Positions 12,540 to 27,930 of a stretch of 64,000 nucleotides of DNA are shown piece by piece. The notes under the pieces were generated by a model. That model did no database searches, had not been told where the DNA came from, and was given only the letters and a program-made list of their open reading frames with translations. The translations under genes and the position numbers were made by a program. Numbering within the stretch: the first letter of the stretch is position 1; each line of letters begins with the position of its first letter. Source of the DNA: the human T2T-CHM13v2.0 reference genome, Homo sapiens. The DNA lies in assembly GCF_009914755.1 (NCBI RefSeq), contig NC_060930.1; one strand, written 5' to 3'.

Positions 12540-15500
12540 TTTATCCACCCACCTACTATGTGCTAGGCACTGTGATAGTCACTAGGTATTAAAAAAGTAC
12601 ATTGATGATCGATGCTAAGATTATTTTCAAACTATTTTAAGAGAGGACTCCTAAATTAAAAGAAATTATGTATCAACAGACAAATGCCCTTTTATTTTTT
12701 TCCCTACAAAATTGCTGCTGGCTAGAGAATGATGATGATTTGCACTTCTGACATCATTGCCTAATGTTGGGTTTCTGTGCCTGGGCTCTTTATGCTGTGG
12801 AGGCAAATGGTGCTTTGAGTGTCTTAATTTCACCGGAATGCTGCACCTGTTGCTGGCTATTCTTGCATATGAAATCCAGACCCTAGAGTCACTTGCTTTC
12901 ATTTCCTTTTCCTCCTCCCTCTTTCCGGTGTGTGTTTGGGGGGGGTGGGGGTGGTGAGGCAGGGTGGGGGCAGCAGATTAGTAGCTTCTGTGAAGAGTAA
13001 CCACCTTCCTGTTCCGTCAAGGCTATGATTTTAGCGCCCCCGGGAGTGGTAGTGTTGCGTCACTCTGTCATCTGTCGCCGAAAGACTCATAATCCGGGCA
13101 GCCTCAAGAGTTTGAGGCGTGGGTTTGTGCCCGAGTTTGGGGTTCTAGGGGAGGGGTGAAGTGGAACAGGCTTTCAGCAGCTGCTGCCGCCACCTGATAC
13201 CTGGAACCTTACTGCTATTGAGGAACATGTATTTCCTCTTGGCTTCATTTGCTGTTTGGCTATGACTGAGGAAGACAGGAGGTATTGCATAGTATCATTT
13301 ACTTTCATAAACATAACTTTGACATCTCTAGGCTTCATGTTGGTTCAGGCAATGCTCTCGAAAGCCAGGGAGCTGCTTTGCAAGATGCATGCTATGGCTG
13401 AAGGAACGGCTCAATAGCTGGGAGCTGGCCCTGAGGTTTAAATCCACTCACAGCACGAATTTGGTGTTTTACTTTGTGTCCTGAAACCTCAATAACCTCA
13501 TTTTTCAAGTGAGAGTTGAAATATTGACACAACTTAACTTTTAAGAATTTTGAAGGCATCAGTGAAAATAAATTGAACGAACTTTGAAGTTCAGAGATCT
13601 CTAAAAGTGAATACAGACCAAATTATATCCTGATGATCAAGTAGGAACATCCGTAGTTCCAGTACTATAGTTCATTGACAACCTCCAGAAAGTTACGGTA
13701 GTCTAACATTCCTTATTTAAAACCAACTTTGCCATGTTTAATTTATTTATACTTTTATAGATAGACAGATTTACTACTGGACATTCTCTGGCAGAGAAAA
13801 ATTTCATGGAAAGTGAAGTTTAATGTGAAATGGCACATAAGTGGTCCTGACTTGCAAACTCAGGAATGGCTTGTTGACCACTGTCCTGGAATAAGAGAGC
13901 CCAGCTTTGTTCTTGTCTTATTTCTGGATCGCCCTTTCTCCTTTGTACCTTCTGACATTGTTTCTGAGTTCCCTCCTCCCATCTGCCACCCGCTCCTTTG
14001 CAACTCTGTAGAGCATTTTAATAACAGGTTGTTTGTGCCTGTCTTGCCTCTGCAGCACTCACTCCCACCTGTTTCCTCAGCCTCTGACTTCTCCTTTCCC
14101 CTTTTTGGCATGCTCTGACCTGCCTCCGTAGTTGAACCCGATTCCTGAGGCAATGATATGGCAGGTCCCTCAACTCTCCATCTATAGCACTTGCCTTGCC
14201 TGGCCTGGGAACCGGCTCTTTCACTGCTGTACTGCATGGAACAGAGTAGGCACTGCTTAAACCTATCAGCTGCCTGGCTCTCTCAAATGCTCTTTCCAGG
14301 AACTCTGGCACTGTGAACCCACTGCTGAATCTCGTGGCTCATAAATAAACTCTCAAGTGATAATTGTGACTTGAATTCTCTAGTTCTTACCTGACCACCT
14401 CTTAATATCATCCTGGAACTGTCTTTATATCATCTTGGAAACCCTGGAGCTGATTTGAAATACCTCTGGTCAGTTCCTCAGCATCAGTTCTGTCTAATGA
14501 ACACCTATATTCTTCATTGTCTCCTCACTCTTGGCTCTAAGTTGTCACAAGTAGATGATTATGTCTCATTCCCAAGTAGAGATAGGACACATGAGAGTGG
14601 GTGGGTGTGCCCATAGTTTAGACAGGACTATCTTTGTGTGGTACCAGCTGCGGCAGGATCTACAGATGACTCACACATGTTAATACCCACATCTTCTGAG
14701 TGGCCAACATCCTCAGATTTGCATGTGGGCATTTGCAAGAGGAAGCACACAGATGCTGTGATCAGGGCTGAGATGCCTACAGGTGTGTCTGCTGGGCTGC
14801 GGCAGGTGGTGGCCAGTGGAAGACAGGTTGTAGGTAGGGAAAGTGTTGCCTCATGGAGGGTGATCCTGATATGGTGGGAACTTCAATCCAGACTCCGACA
14901 TCGCCACGGGCAAGCTGAATGACAGTAAACAACCTTCAGGGCTTGGGGACGTCAGCACACTCACCTGTGGAGAGCCAGCCAGAAGACAGGCAGTGGCACA
15001 AGTTTTCTGAGGTAGAGATTGTGACTGTAGGTGACCAAGGAACAAAATATTATGAAGACCACATTGGGGTTCATAGGCTGGTGGCCCTGTAGGACACTTG
15101 GACACATTTTTTTTCCTGCCAACACCAAAGAATAATTTCTAGGTGTCTCTTCTTCACACCTTCCCATGAAGCTTGAAAGTTCTAGAGCTCACTAGAAACT
15201 AGAAAAATTTTCCTTACTATGACAGCAAGTGTGCTTCGAGAAAACTCACTTGCTGACCTTTGTTCCACAGCCCAGCAGGTTGCCACCTGATTTATAAAAA
15301 CAGATTATGGAGACAGTCCAGAAAAATTACTCCCTCTTTCTTTTTTTTTTAAAGTAATATTTTAAAATTCCTTTCTTTTTGAAGTATTTGGGTTGTTTTT
15401 ATCAATTTCGTTCACTGTTGCCTTAAATGACAATTCTTGCCTCCCTGAAGAACTCTTGGCCTTCATTCCTGCCACTACAGTGAGAAGTTCTAAGCTGGAA

Positions 15501-15726
15501 GGGCCATCCCAGGGATGACTGCTTTAAGCAGCCAGTCATGTAGGGTTGCGCCTGTGGCCCTGGCAGATTGGACCCTGTTTCTACCAAGTGGTGGCATCAC
15601 TTGGCTTCCATGTAGTGTTTTTCTGTTCTCCTGCAGATCGCTGTCAGCCACTGGAGGCCTCACCCACTGGGTTCCAGACAGCTGCCACTTCTGTTTAGAA
15701 GCAACACTGCCAGTGAGAAACCCTGC

Positions 15727-15809
15727 CACACACAACACACACAGACACACACACACAGACTCACACACAGAGACACACACACACAGACACACACACACAG
15801 ACACACACA

Positions 15810-15840
<31 letters not shown>

Positions 15841-15843
15841 CAT
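15727..15843. repeat. Imperfect (CA)n microsatellite
   Basis: Seen directly. Confidence 0.95.
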
Positions 15844-16201
15844 GTGAGAGGAGGGCCACCCTGGGAGGAAACCCTGAATTCTCCCCTCTTAGCACACTCC
15901 TTCTATCTACTCCTTCTATCTCCTGGTAGAGGGAGAAGCTGTGTGCCCCTATTACTACCTCTCTTTACCTCCTCATTAAGGGCTTTGGTGCGATTATTGT
16001 CTCCCTTTTAATCTCACTACTTGCATGCAGCTTTCTTGAGAAAGGTTATAATTTAATCCTGAAATACAACTTCTAGGAGTTTTCTTTTTAATTCATCATT
16101 CCAAGTAGGTGTCTTTGTCTGTTTCCACATTAGAAAATGAAACCAATACTTAAATATGATTTCCCTGCTTTTATTGGCAGCTATTTAAGATCTATGTCTG
16201 A

Positions 16202-16536
<335 letters not shown>

Positions 16537-17974
16537 TGGAATATTTTCTAAGCTCTTTGATGATGGCGGCTTCGATTTAACTCTCTCTGACTTAATTCTG
16601 TTGATTATAATGTCATTCAATCCCATTAGTATACTCATATGGAAACAAAGGCATGATTTCAGATTTTATTTATATCTTCATGCTTTGGAAAAACAATTTC
16701 ATGAGAAATCACTCAGCCCATGAAGTACCATCCTTGACATTACTTTTTTGGGTTTGCTTGTTTTTAAAACAGTTTTTATTGGCTTTTGCTTTTTATAATT
16801 TTTTGAACCATACCAACAGTCGCATAATGAGTATTTTTAGACATGTGCTTTTAAAATCATGTGAAAATTCTTTTAATGTCAACATGAAGAGTTTTGTTTA
16901 TAATCATTGCTGTGATCAAGAACTGAGGTAGAATTTCCTAGCTGGACACAAATGGGTTAAAAAAAAAACCCGACATGCTCTTTGATTATTGGATAAGTTG
17001 TATTCTAAACAATATTACTCTGATGAAGATATTAAGGGGAGTTAATTAGATTGTGAGACTCTTGAGGACAGTTGATGCCTTTTTCATTTTTGCATTCTTC
17101 TTGGGTGCCGTGTAGTTGATCAGTATAGTCATGGGACTTAGTTCTGATTGTAGGGAGCTGTGTGAACTGCATGAAGCAGACGAGACTCCATCCTCGCATG
17201 GGAAACCTTTAAGGATTTTGAAGCTGGGCAGGTGCAGGTTAATAGAAAGATCACTCTGGGCTCTGTAGGAGAGTGATTTGGAGAGAAGAGCCCCTAGAGG
17301 CCCAGGGAACATTGCAGGTGGCTCTGCCAGGAGACCAGGTAGAAGATGTGGTGAGGGTGGGCGGGAGATGGATGAAACTGTGGATTTCGTAGGTACAGAT
17401 TCATCATCCTTCATCTGTAGCTACACTATTGAAGAAGACCTCCGAAAACCAGAAGGTGTTTTATTTGTAGTTCATTTGGCAAGAAAACTTGAGTTTGACC
17501 TGAACTCATTTGGTGTTGAAGCCTGACTTGAACAGCTGGGACTCTTTTAAAGTCCTTATGTATGTCAGGCATCCTTCATAAACATATGTATTTACTGCAG
17601 GGCTATTAATGTGTTTGATTAGGGGAAATTGCCCTGGATCTTGCTGTTTTTTGTTTTCACTGTAATATATGACTTGTGCTATATAACTTTTCTCAAATGG
17701 GAAGAGTTCTGGTTCAGCAGCACCTCTGGCCCTAGGGTTTTGGAAAAGAGGTTGTGAAACTCTTTGACATGTGTTTACAGGATAAGGTTGATGAAACTGA
17801 CTGATAAGAAATGGAGGCAAGATCTATGGAAGAAAAGAACATTTCTGGAAAGACTCAAAAGTTAATGATGACACTGCCTCATTAACACTGAAGGGAAGTA
17901 GAACTTTAGGAGGGGTCAGAAATATTCATTAGATAGGCATGATTCATTGAAAAGGATGCATCTTGAATTTTTGA

Positions 17975-18250
17975 AGTATTGCTTGTATGTGATCTTGGAT
18001 TGAATTGTAGACCAGAAAAAGGGGGCAATTGCAGAAATTTGAAAAAGACCTATAGATTAGTTCATAGATTTGCATCTATGTGAATTGTCTGGTTTTCATC
18101 ATTGTACTCTGGTTATGTAAGATGGTAATATTTGAGGAAGTTGGATGAAGGGAACATGAGAACTCTGTGTACTCTTTTCTTTTTTTTTTAACCACTTCTT
18201 TTATAAGTCTAAAATTATTTCAAGATAAAACTTTGAAAAATAAGAAAAAG
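17975..18250 (+). mobile_element. Old L1M (MC/ME-type) 3' end
   Basis: gatcttggattga…ggttatgtaagatg…gaactctgtgtact…tctaaaattatt. Confidence 0.75.
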
Positions 18251-18431
18251 AGGTGTTTGTCATATCAGGGAACAGTATCATTCATGATGCTTTTAGGTAG
18301 AGAGTATCTATGAGCAGAAGTCTAGTTTTCTAGGAGAATTCAAAGTCTAGAAGTGCAAATCGAGTAGAATTTCAGTCAGGCCTTCACCCCCTCCCAATTT
18401 TTTCTTTTTAAAAAAGCTGACCTGGTTTCTA

Positions 18432-18830
<399 letters not shown>

Positions 18831-20719
18831 TCATGGGAAGTGCCATAACTTGTCCTTTGCATTTAGTCTCCCTGGTGTTGGAGGGTGTGGTTTGGCTCTA
18901 GTTCTTGTTGGTAGCTCTGCAGGGCGAGGTATAGTTGTATTAGTTAGGACTGACAGTTATAATATGATGTTCAAAGCCAAGAAGGTTTACAGATAACAGG
19001 GAAGAATGAAGAAGATGTGTACCCTTCATGGCCAAGGTCAGCTTGCCTGGATTTTGTGGGGCTGATGCTGCTGGGTGTATATTTCCTCCGTGGAGAGAGG
19101 ATTAGTTTCTGAATTCCTTTGCTTCCCTCTCTAACTTCAACATTACCTCCTGTAGTTTCAGCTAATTTGTTCTGTAATTCTCTCTCCACTCCAATTCTTT
19201 CTTTCCTTTTTTGATGAGAGTAGACCTAGGCTGGCAGCCAGTTGCTATTGAGCTATAATAGAGCTAGTGGTATGAACAAAATTTGATTACTGCTGTCAAC
19301 ACTAGATTGAATAAGAAAGCGCATACCCTAGACAGATACTTGCAACATAAATGGTCTATTGATTTCACAAGAACTAGAAAATGAGGCCACCGTGTAATCT
19401 AGCAGAAGAATGGATCTGTGAATAGAGTGGGTCCTGACATTGCACAACAGTTTTCAAAAGCGCCCCCCTATTGATCTTTTTAGAAGAATCTTCAGATAAA
19501 CTGATTTTAGCTTCTGATTTTCCTCACCATCAAGTGTTTACAGAAACTTCAATGAAGCCTTTGCACTTGTGTGTGTTCAATGGTTTGCTTTTCCTACATA
19601 GAATCTAGTTTGGAAGTTATATTGGCTGTTACAGACCTTGTTTGCTCCTGAGCTATCATGATATTTCCACTTAGCTTAATATGAATGTTTTAGAAGTTTC
19701 CCACTATGGAAAGTTCTATTTGACATATGAAAGTTCAACGGTCAATTTCATAGTCAGCTCCACGGCAAGAAATAAATAAGACAATGGATTACAGAGTATA
19801 GCCTTGGGACATGGGAAATTTTTTAGAAGATGGATGAGTCATATTATTAATACATGTTGCAAGGCCCAAGGCCTTACATCAAAAAATAAGGAAAAAAGTT
19901 TTTATTTTTTAAAGTTAATAGCCTTCTGATATTTTCTTTGTTGTACTTTGTATAGTTTTTGTTCTGTTTAGTTTTGGGGGGATCAAAAAATAAATCCTAA
20001 GATAGAATGTTTTAGGAAAAAGGTAATTAACATCATTGTACATGAATTTGCTCAAACACAGTAAGGTCTGAAAAAAAAAGATCTCTTTGATGTTGATTTG
20101 TTTGAATAATTACTATTCTCCCAGTACTGCACTTTTGAGAGGGAAGGAGAAATTGTTGCTAGTGTCTAAATTTTAACTTGTCTTCCTTGGCTACCTTCAA
20201 AATTTGAGATCCTTAATCTTAAATCACATCTGGTCTAACAATTCTTCCTATAAACAGTTATGACTATTTACTGACAAAAGGCTGCTTTTATTGTGCCTGT
20301 TTCTATTTCAGAGGAAGACACATAAAGACAGGTGGAAAGAACTGATTTGTAAAGATTGAAATGTCATATTTACATTCAGAATTTCATTTCCTTACCAGTT
20401 TTCAGAAGAACCCTTTGGTAGAGGAAGCAGGGCCAACTTCTTTCACAGCCTCTTACTATAGATAGAAGTATGAAGGCCAGCAATATTTAGCTGGTATGAA
20501 CCCATACAGCTGTACCAGGAACAATGTTGAAAGTCTTTGATTCCTATTGGAAAATAGCCACTGTTAAAGATGGACACCTTCAGGACCTCACTTCAGCATT
20601 GTAGCCAGTATCCGTTCTGACTAGGTGGTGCCCACGCCTCACTGGCTGTTCTGTATTTTGAATATTTAGTCCTGATTCTAGAAATGACATTTTTGGGCTA
20701 TGGATAAAAGATGGGTTTC

Positions 20720-20957
20720 GATAGCCATTAAGGAAATGCAAATCAAACCACAGTGAAATGTCACTTCATACCCAGCAGGATGGCAATAATAAAAAAGACA
20801 AATAATAACAAATATTGGTGAGGATGTGGAGAAATGGGTATCCACATACACTGCTAGTGGGAATGTAAAAGGATGCAACTTTGGAAAGCTGTCTGGCAGT
20901 TCTTCCAAAGGTTAAGCATAGGGTTGCCATATGACTCAGCAATTCTACTTCTGGGTA

Positions 20958-20998
<41 letters not shown>

Positions 20999-21470
20999 GC
21001 CACACCCAAGAGACATGAAAATGTATGCCCACATCAAAAACGTGTACACAAATGCTCATAGCAGAATTATTGATATTAGCTGAAAGATAAAAACAACCCA
21101 AATGTTCATGAACTGATAAATACATAATAAAATATGGTCTATCAATACAATGGAATATTTTAAAAATAAATGAAATACCCATACATAATACAACATGCAT
21201 GGACTTCAAAAGCATTATGCTAAGTGAAATAAGCTAGTCACAAAAAACCATATACTGTATGATTTCTTTTATATGAAATGTACAGAATAGGTAACTCTAT
21301 AGAGACTGGAAGTAGATTTTAGTGGTTGCCTTGGGCTAAGGGATGGGGGTCGATTGTGGTGATGGTTGTAGAATTCTTTGACAATACTAAAAATCATTAA
21401 ATTATACAGTGTAAATGAGCTAATTGTATAATATATGAATTATATATCAATAAAGTTTGATGCAAAAAAA
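20720..21470 (+). mobile_element. L1MB-type 3' end with internal (CA)n at about 20957-20996
   Basis: ggaaatgcaaatcaaaccaca…gaggatgtggagaaa…ccatatgactcagcaattc…tcaataaag. Confidence 0.88.
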
Positions 21471-21539
21471 GATCAATGGGTATTGACTATGGGACATCAT
21501 CTGTATCACTGTGCTTTTCCCGGTCTCCCTCCCTGTGAC

Positions 21540-21645
21540 AGTCCTAGAAGACAGGTGAAGTCAGCCCGTCCATTTTACAGATTTGGAGACTGAGGCTTAG
21601 AGAGAGAGAGAGAGTATTTTGCCAGAGTCATACAGCTACTAGTCT
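21540..21645 (-). mobile_element. MIR fragment
   Basis: ccattttacagat…gactgaggcttagagag…gtcatacagcta core. Confidence 0.7.
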
Positions 21646-21818
21646 AAGGAAAATGCAGAGATGAGGAGGAGGAGCATAGGGGAGGTACTGTTAGTTTCTC
21701 TTTTCTGTATCATAGTACAGTAGCAGGATGAGAGACACCTTTGAATTCAAACCTGTGTGTATCCTGACAAAGATACATATTCTATGAAAAGTCTTTGCTA
21801 ATAAGTAGAAGATTTCTA

Positions 21819-22325
<507 letters not shown>

Positions 22326-22439
22326 TCAGTTTTACTTCCCCAAGGTGTGTATAACTACTATAGTGAAATAATAAGTCCAATTTATTCTTTGAAGTATAGT
22401 TAATATGTAACGAAACTCCTAAGGCCAGTTGTATACCCA

Positions 22440-22832
22440 GGGCAAACGCCTTCTAACATCTTTATTTATCTACGCAGTGGGTAGGGAGGTGGGTGGAGTG
22501 CCCCTTCCCAGCTGATACTGTCAAAACAGGAAGCAAAGTTATAATCTCTGTCATAGGAACATGAATAGAGGCCCTTAGTTGTGACTATTAAAAAAACAAA
22601 AAACCTGCCTAAGGAGTTTTCACTGACTACAAAGTGTAACTTCCTCTCTGGTGTTTAGAGGAGGTGGGGTTAGGTTTAGTCAGATCCTCTCATGGGAAAA
22701 ATAAAAGCCACCAAAAAAAAAAAAAAAAAAAACCCAAAATAACACAGGACATCCCAGTGTGCAGTTCGAAGGCTGCTTTTGTTGTCCACTTCCTCCACAT
22801 CTTTTTCCTCATCATCTAAGCAGATGTAGGTG
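22440..22832 (+). promoter_or_regulatory. UTRN: Utrophin promoter B and 5' UTR (TATA-less, not a CpG island)
   Basis: Directly upstream of exon 1B. ETS cores AACAGGAAG 22525-22533, ACTTCCTC 22639-22646 and CACTTCCT 22787-22794; AP-1-like TTAGTCA 22676-22682; CAGCTGATA E-box/GATA 22509-22517; GGGTGG boxes; A20 tract 22713-22732. Confidence 0.8.
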
Positions 22833-22926
22833 ATGAGCGGCCTGGCAGCCACCACGTTTCATTGGAAAAAGTGCAGATTGGATTTGCCAGGGCATGTAGC
22901 TCTCCAGGCTTGCAAGCGATTACCAG
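22833..22926 (+). CDS. UTRN: Coding part of utrophin exon 1B (B-utrophin N-terminus, 31 aa MSGLAATTFHWKKCRLDLPGHVALQACKRLP plus first nt of Asp)
   Basis: ATG at 22833, 94 nt open, consensus donor CAG|GTAAGT at 22926/22927 in phase 1 as required to join exon 3 (G+AT = D, EHNDVQKK); peptide matches my recollection of B-utrophin. Confidence 0.93.
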
Positions 22927-24014
22927 GTAAGTTTGTCAACTTGCACGACTCCCAGCCAGTGAGGTTTTCTTAAGAAACGTCTATGAAGACAGGGTTCTTT
23001 CATTCAGTTTTGTTAAGTAACAAAGCTTAGGACCAGGCTGGTGACGGGAACAGACAGCCTGTCTTTCCTGCTGCCACGTCTGTTGTGGACCCTCAAGAGT
23101 AGAGACCAACGCTGTCTGCTTCACACTTCTCTTCAGGAAGTGATAATTCACCAGAGTTATTAGTTTCTTTGGAAGAAGCCTTCCAGGATCCCTATATTTG
23201 TGGTAGCAAATATGCTTCACTTTACCTCCCTGTATTTTCAAAATAGCTTACTCTGTGCTGTTTACTGCCATCTAGAGAAGAAGCCTCCTTTGTGGTGTTG
23301 AGTATTGGTAGACCTCATCCCATATTGTATTTGATTTACTCTGTTGGCTAAAAAGGCATTTTACTTCTTGAAATATTTAGTTTTGACCTGAGAAAGGGGA
23401 GAATAAAACGTTTGTACTTTGGGGGACAGTATGAGTGCTGGGGTTTCTGTTTCAGTGCAGGCTTGTCTATGAGACATGCATATGCATAACTTCATGCAGG
23501 GAAAGTGTCGTGCACTTTTCTCTCGCTGAAGTTTACTTCCGGGGTGACTTAGTTTTTCTGATCAGTTTAGATGTTCATATCTTGTTTAATGTATACATGT
23601 GTGTACTGGTTGTATGAGCTTTTGGAGGGGAAAAACCCCAAGTGATGTGTTTTATTCGATCATACATATCATGCATGAATGTTGTCACTATGAAAAAACT
23701 TTGAGACTGGTTGGTTTTCTTTTTCAATGTTTTCCTTTCTTGTGGAATTACTCTTTCCCTCTTAATGTTTTCCTTCTTAGCTTCAGTGAATGAGGTGGTA
23801 AGGGGTTGTAGCGTTGTCTCTGCAGAGCAAATTCAAACCAAAATGATTGGAGCAGCCCATATTTTCTTAGTGAATTGGGTTTCTTGAACAAGTGGCATAG
23901 GAGACTGGTGTGCTACAATTCTCATCATTAACTGTTACTTCTTTCTTAAATAACCATGTGATCCCAACACAACATCAAAATACCTCTCAGGGACCTGAAT
24001 TAAAACTCCACGCG

Positions 24015-24299
24015 GGCCAGGCACAATGGCTCATACCTGTAATCCAAGCACTTTGGGAGGCTGCGGCATGAGGATCACTTGAGGCCTGGAGTTCGAGACC
24101 ACTCTGGGCAACACAGGGAGATTCCATCTCTACAAAAAATTTAAAAATCAGCCAGGCATGGTGGCATGTGCCTGTGGTCCCAGCTACTTAGGAGACTGAG
24201 GTGGGAGGATAGCTTGAACCTAGGAGTTTGAGACTAGTGAGCCACGATCATGCCGCTGCATTCCAGTTTGGACAACAGAGGGATACCTTGTCTCAAAAA
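24015..24299 (+). mobile_element. AluJ
   Basis: gaggatcacttgagg, ctgggcaaca, gtgggaggat diagnostics. Confidence 0.93.
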
Positions 24300-24517
24300 C
24301 CTGCATAGGGGCAGCAATTGCAGGCTTGTGGCCTTTCGAAGATTTCCTTTGATTGTCACTAAATCCTCTCTCTTTCCCCACCATTAAGAGTCTCTGTGGT
24401 CAGCTAGTCTTCATCAAAGGGTCTTGCTACAAAGGGTCTAGGGTAACCTTAATGATTGAAATCAGAAGACAGCTAGAAGAAAAGTACAAACAAACCTTTA
24501 AATAATAAGCAGGCTTT

Positions 24518-24834
<317 letters not shown>

Positions 24835-25112
24835 TTAAATGAGTAGCTACAGTGTTAAATATATTTAAATGCTGTGCTGGTTGAGTTCTGGTTCATTTAG
24901 ATAACATTCTTTCCTGCCCTATGACCAATCAAAAGGCTTTAGGAAAATAGCATTTTTAAAATTAAAATGTATTTCAGTGCATGTTATTTTAATAAAAATA
25001 GAAAACCAATGTGTACATGATTTCCAATTTCACAAGGGCCTAGATTCTCCTCTCATCAGTTGCTATTGAACTGATTTTTTTGTGTGTGTCCATAGTGTAG
25101 GCTCTTTAGTCA

Positions 25113-25560
<448 letters not shown>

Positions 25561-25982
25561 CAGCTGTATCATCATTTTCACTAGATGCTAACAATAATAT
25601 AACTGAGATAAACCAAAGTTTTAAAACAAGCTTGAAAATGTGAAATGAATAATTTGGAGGCGGGACTGGCCATTTAGGCATCTATGAAGGCCCAGATGAC
25701 TCATGTCTGGAAATTGCCACTGCTCAGGAAACCACTCCTGGGAGCCCTGCTCGTTTTGCCATCCTTCCTGCTTTCTTGCCTGCTGACAGGACTCTATGTC
25801 AGCTGTTTCCTTTTTAGATGGAAGGGTTAAAAGATTCACTACTTGGGTCCCCCATTAGAATCACCAACATGCTTGTGCCCCACAGTCAGAGATCGTGACT
25901 TGATTGGACTGAGGCCCTGCTCTGTAGCTTGTCAAAAGCCAGCCAAGGGTGTCCAATGTGGAGGGTACAGGGGAATGTATTC

Positions 25983-26113
25983 GTCCCCCACTAGACTGAA
26001 AGCTCCATGGGAGGGAGTAGAGGCAGCTTTGTTACTGCTGCCTCCTAGCACCTGAATGTGTGCCTGATGTGCAGAAGAGGCTCAGTAGCTGCTTGTGGAA
26101 TGAATGAATGAAT
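25983..26113 (+). mobile_element. L2 3' end
   Basis: cccactagactgaaagctccatg…(TGAA)n. Confidence 0.8.
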
Positions 26114-26456
26114 TAGTTCCTTTGAGTAACAGGAAGTTGGAAGAAGATTGGACAGAGGCTTAGTTATGGTCTTTGCTGATGTAGGAGAGTGTGCTATGTT
26201 AGGCTGAACAGTGGCTGTCATCTTGGAAGACACTCCAGGAAAAGGTCACAGGGGAACAGGTGGCTGATCTGGGGGAATGCTGAACAGACCTCTCAGAAGA
26301 GACAAGGCTCCAGGGCAGTGGTGTCCTTATGAGGCAAGGCAGGTTGAGAACTTTGGGAAAGAGAATTTCATCAGGGGCTGAGTGTGTGTGTGTGAATGTG
26401 GATGTGAGGCCAGATGGGGACACTCCTGGGAGAATCTCCTGAACTGTGGCTTATTC

Positions 26457-26768
26457 TTTGTTTTTTTTTTTTGTTTTTTTTTTTGAGACTAAGTCTCGCT
26501 GTGTTGCCCAGCCTGGAGTGCAGTGACACAGTCTTAGCTCACTGTAGCCTTGACCTCCCAGGCTCAAGTGATCCTCCCACCTCAGTCTCCTGAGTAGCTG
26601 GGACTATAGGTATGTGCTCCCATACCTGGCTAATTTTTAATAGTTTTTCTGTAGAGATGGGATCTCACTATGTTGCCCAGGCTGGTCTTGAACTCCTGAG
26701 CTCGAGTGATCCTCCCTCTTGGCCTCCCAAAATGCTGGGATTACAGGCCTGAGCCACCATGCCCAGCC
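26457..26768 (-). mobile_element. AluJ
   Basis: ggctcaagtgatcctcccacc; tctcactatgttgcccagg. Confidence 0.95.
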
Positions 26769-27276
26769 GTGACTCACTCTTAAAGGAGCTCAAGTCTTTT
26801 GTGTTGGAACTCCAGGAGGTTGACGACCACACTCATCTATTCAGTCAGCATTTGCTAGGTACCTAGCACACGCCCAGCTCTGGGGAGGTATGGGGATATA
26901 AAAATGAAGGTGATTTGATTCTTCCCCCGTGGAGGTTAGGACCTGGAAAGGATGGTGTGTGAAGTGAATGCTAGGTTTGCTGGTGGCTGAAAGGAAGGAA
27001 CGTTGTCATCTTTGTCATATGTTAGGGATTGCCAGACCCACCAGTTGACTATATCCAAATAAAGGAACACAGAATTTGGAGTGATCACAGGGCAGTGAGA
27101 TTTGTCTGGGAAGATATCTTAGGACTCGTGAATTTTTTGCAGATCTTAATAATTATAGAGAAAATGAGTAGGTGGTTAGGAAGACCAGGTAACTATAACT
27201 TACAGAGGTGAGAGAATGAGAATTGTTAAGTTGGGAGAAAAAGAGTAGAAAGAGCGACATGTGAAAGAAAAGAATC

Positions 27277-27574
<298 letters not shown>

Positions 27575-27635
27575 AAAGAAAAGAATCTTGGGTGGAGAAA
27601 ATGAGAAATGGGATTAACATGGTACTGAGCAGTTC

Positions 27636-27930
<295 letters not shown>

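Noticed and set aside
13262-13287. ATG…GAG|GTATTG as another coding first exon
   Set aside because: Phase 2, so out of frame with exon 3; weak Kozak and donor
19459-19475. CTCF-like GCGCCCCCCTATTG, and partial matches near 28398, 32921 and 42456
   Set aside because: Mismatches at key core positions; expected by chance in 64 kb
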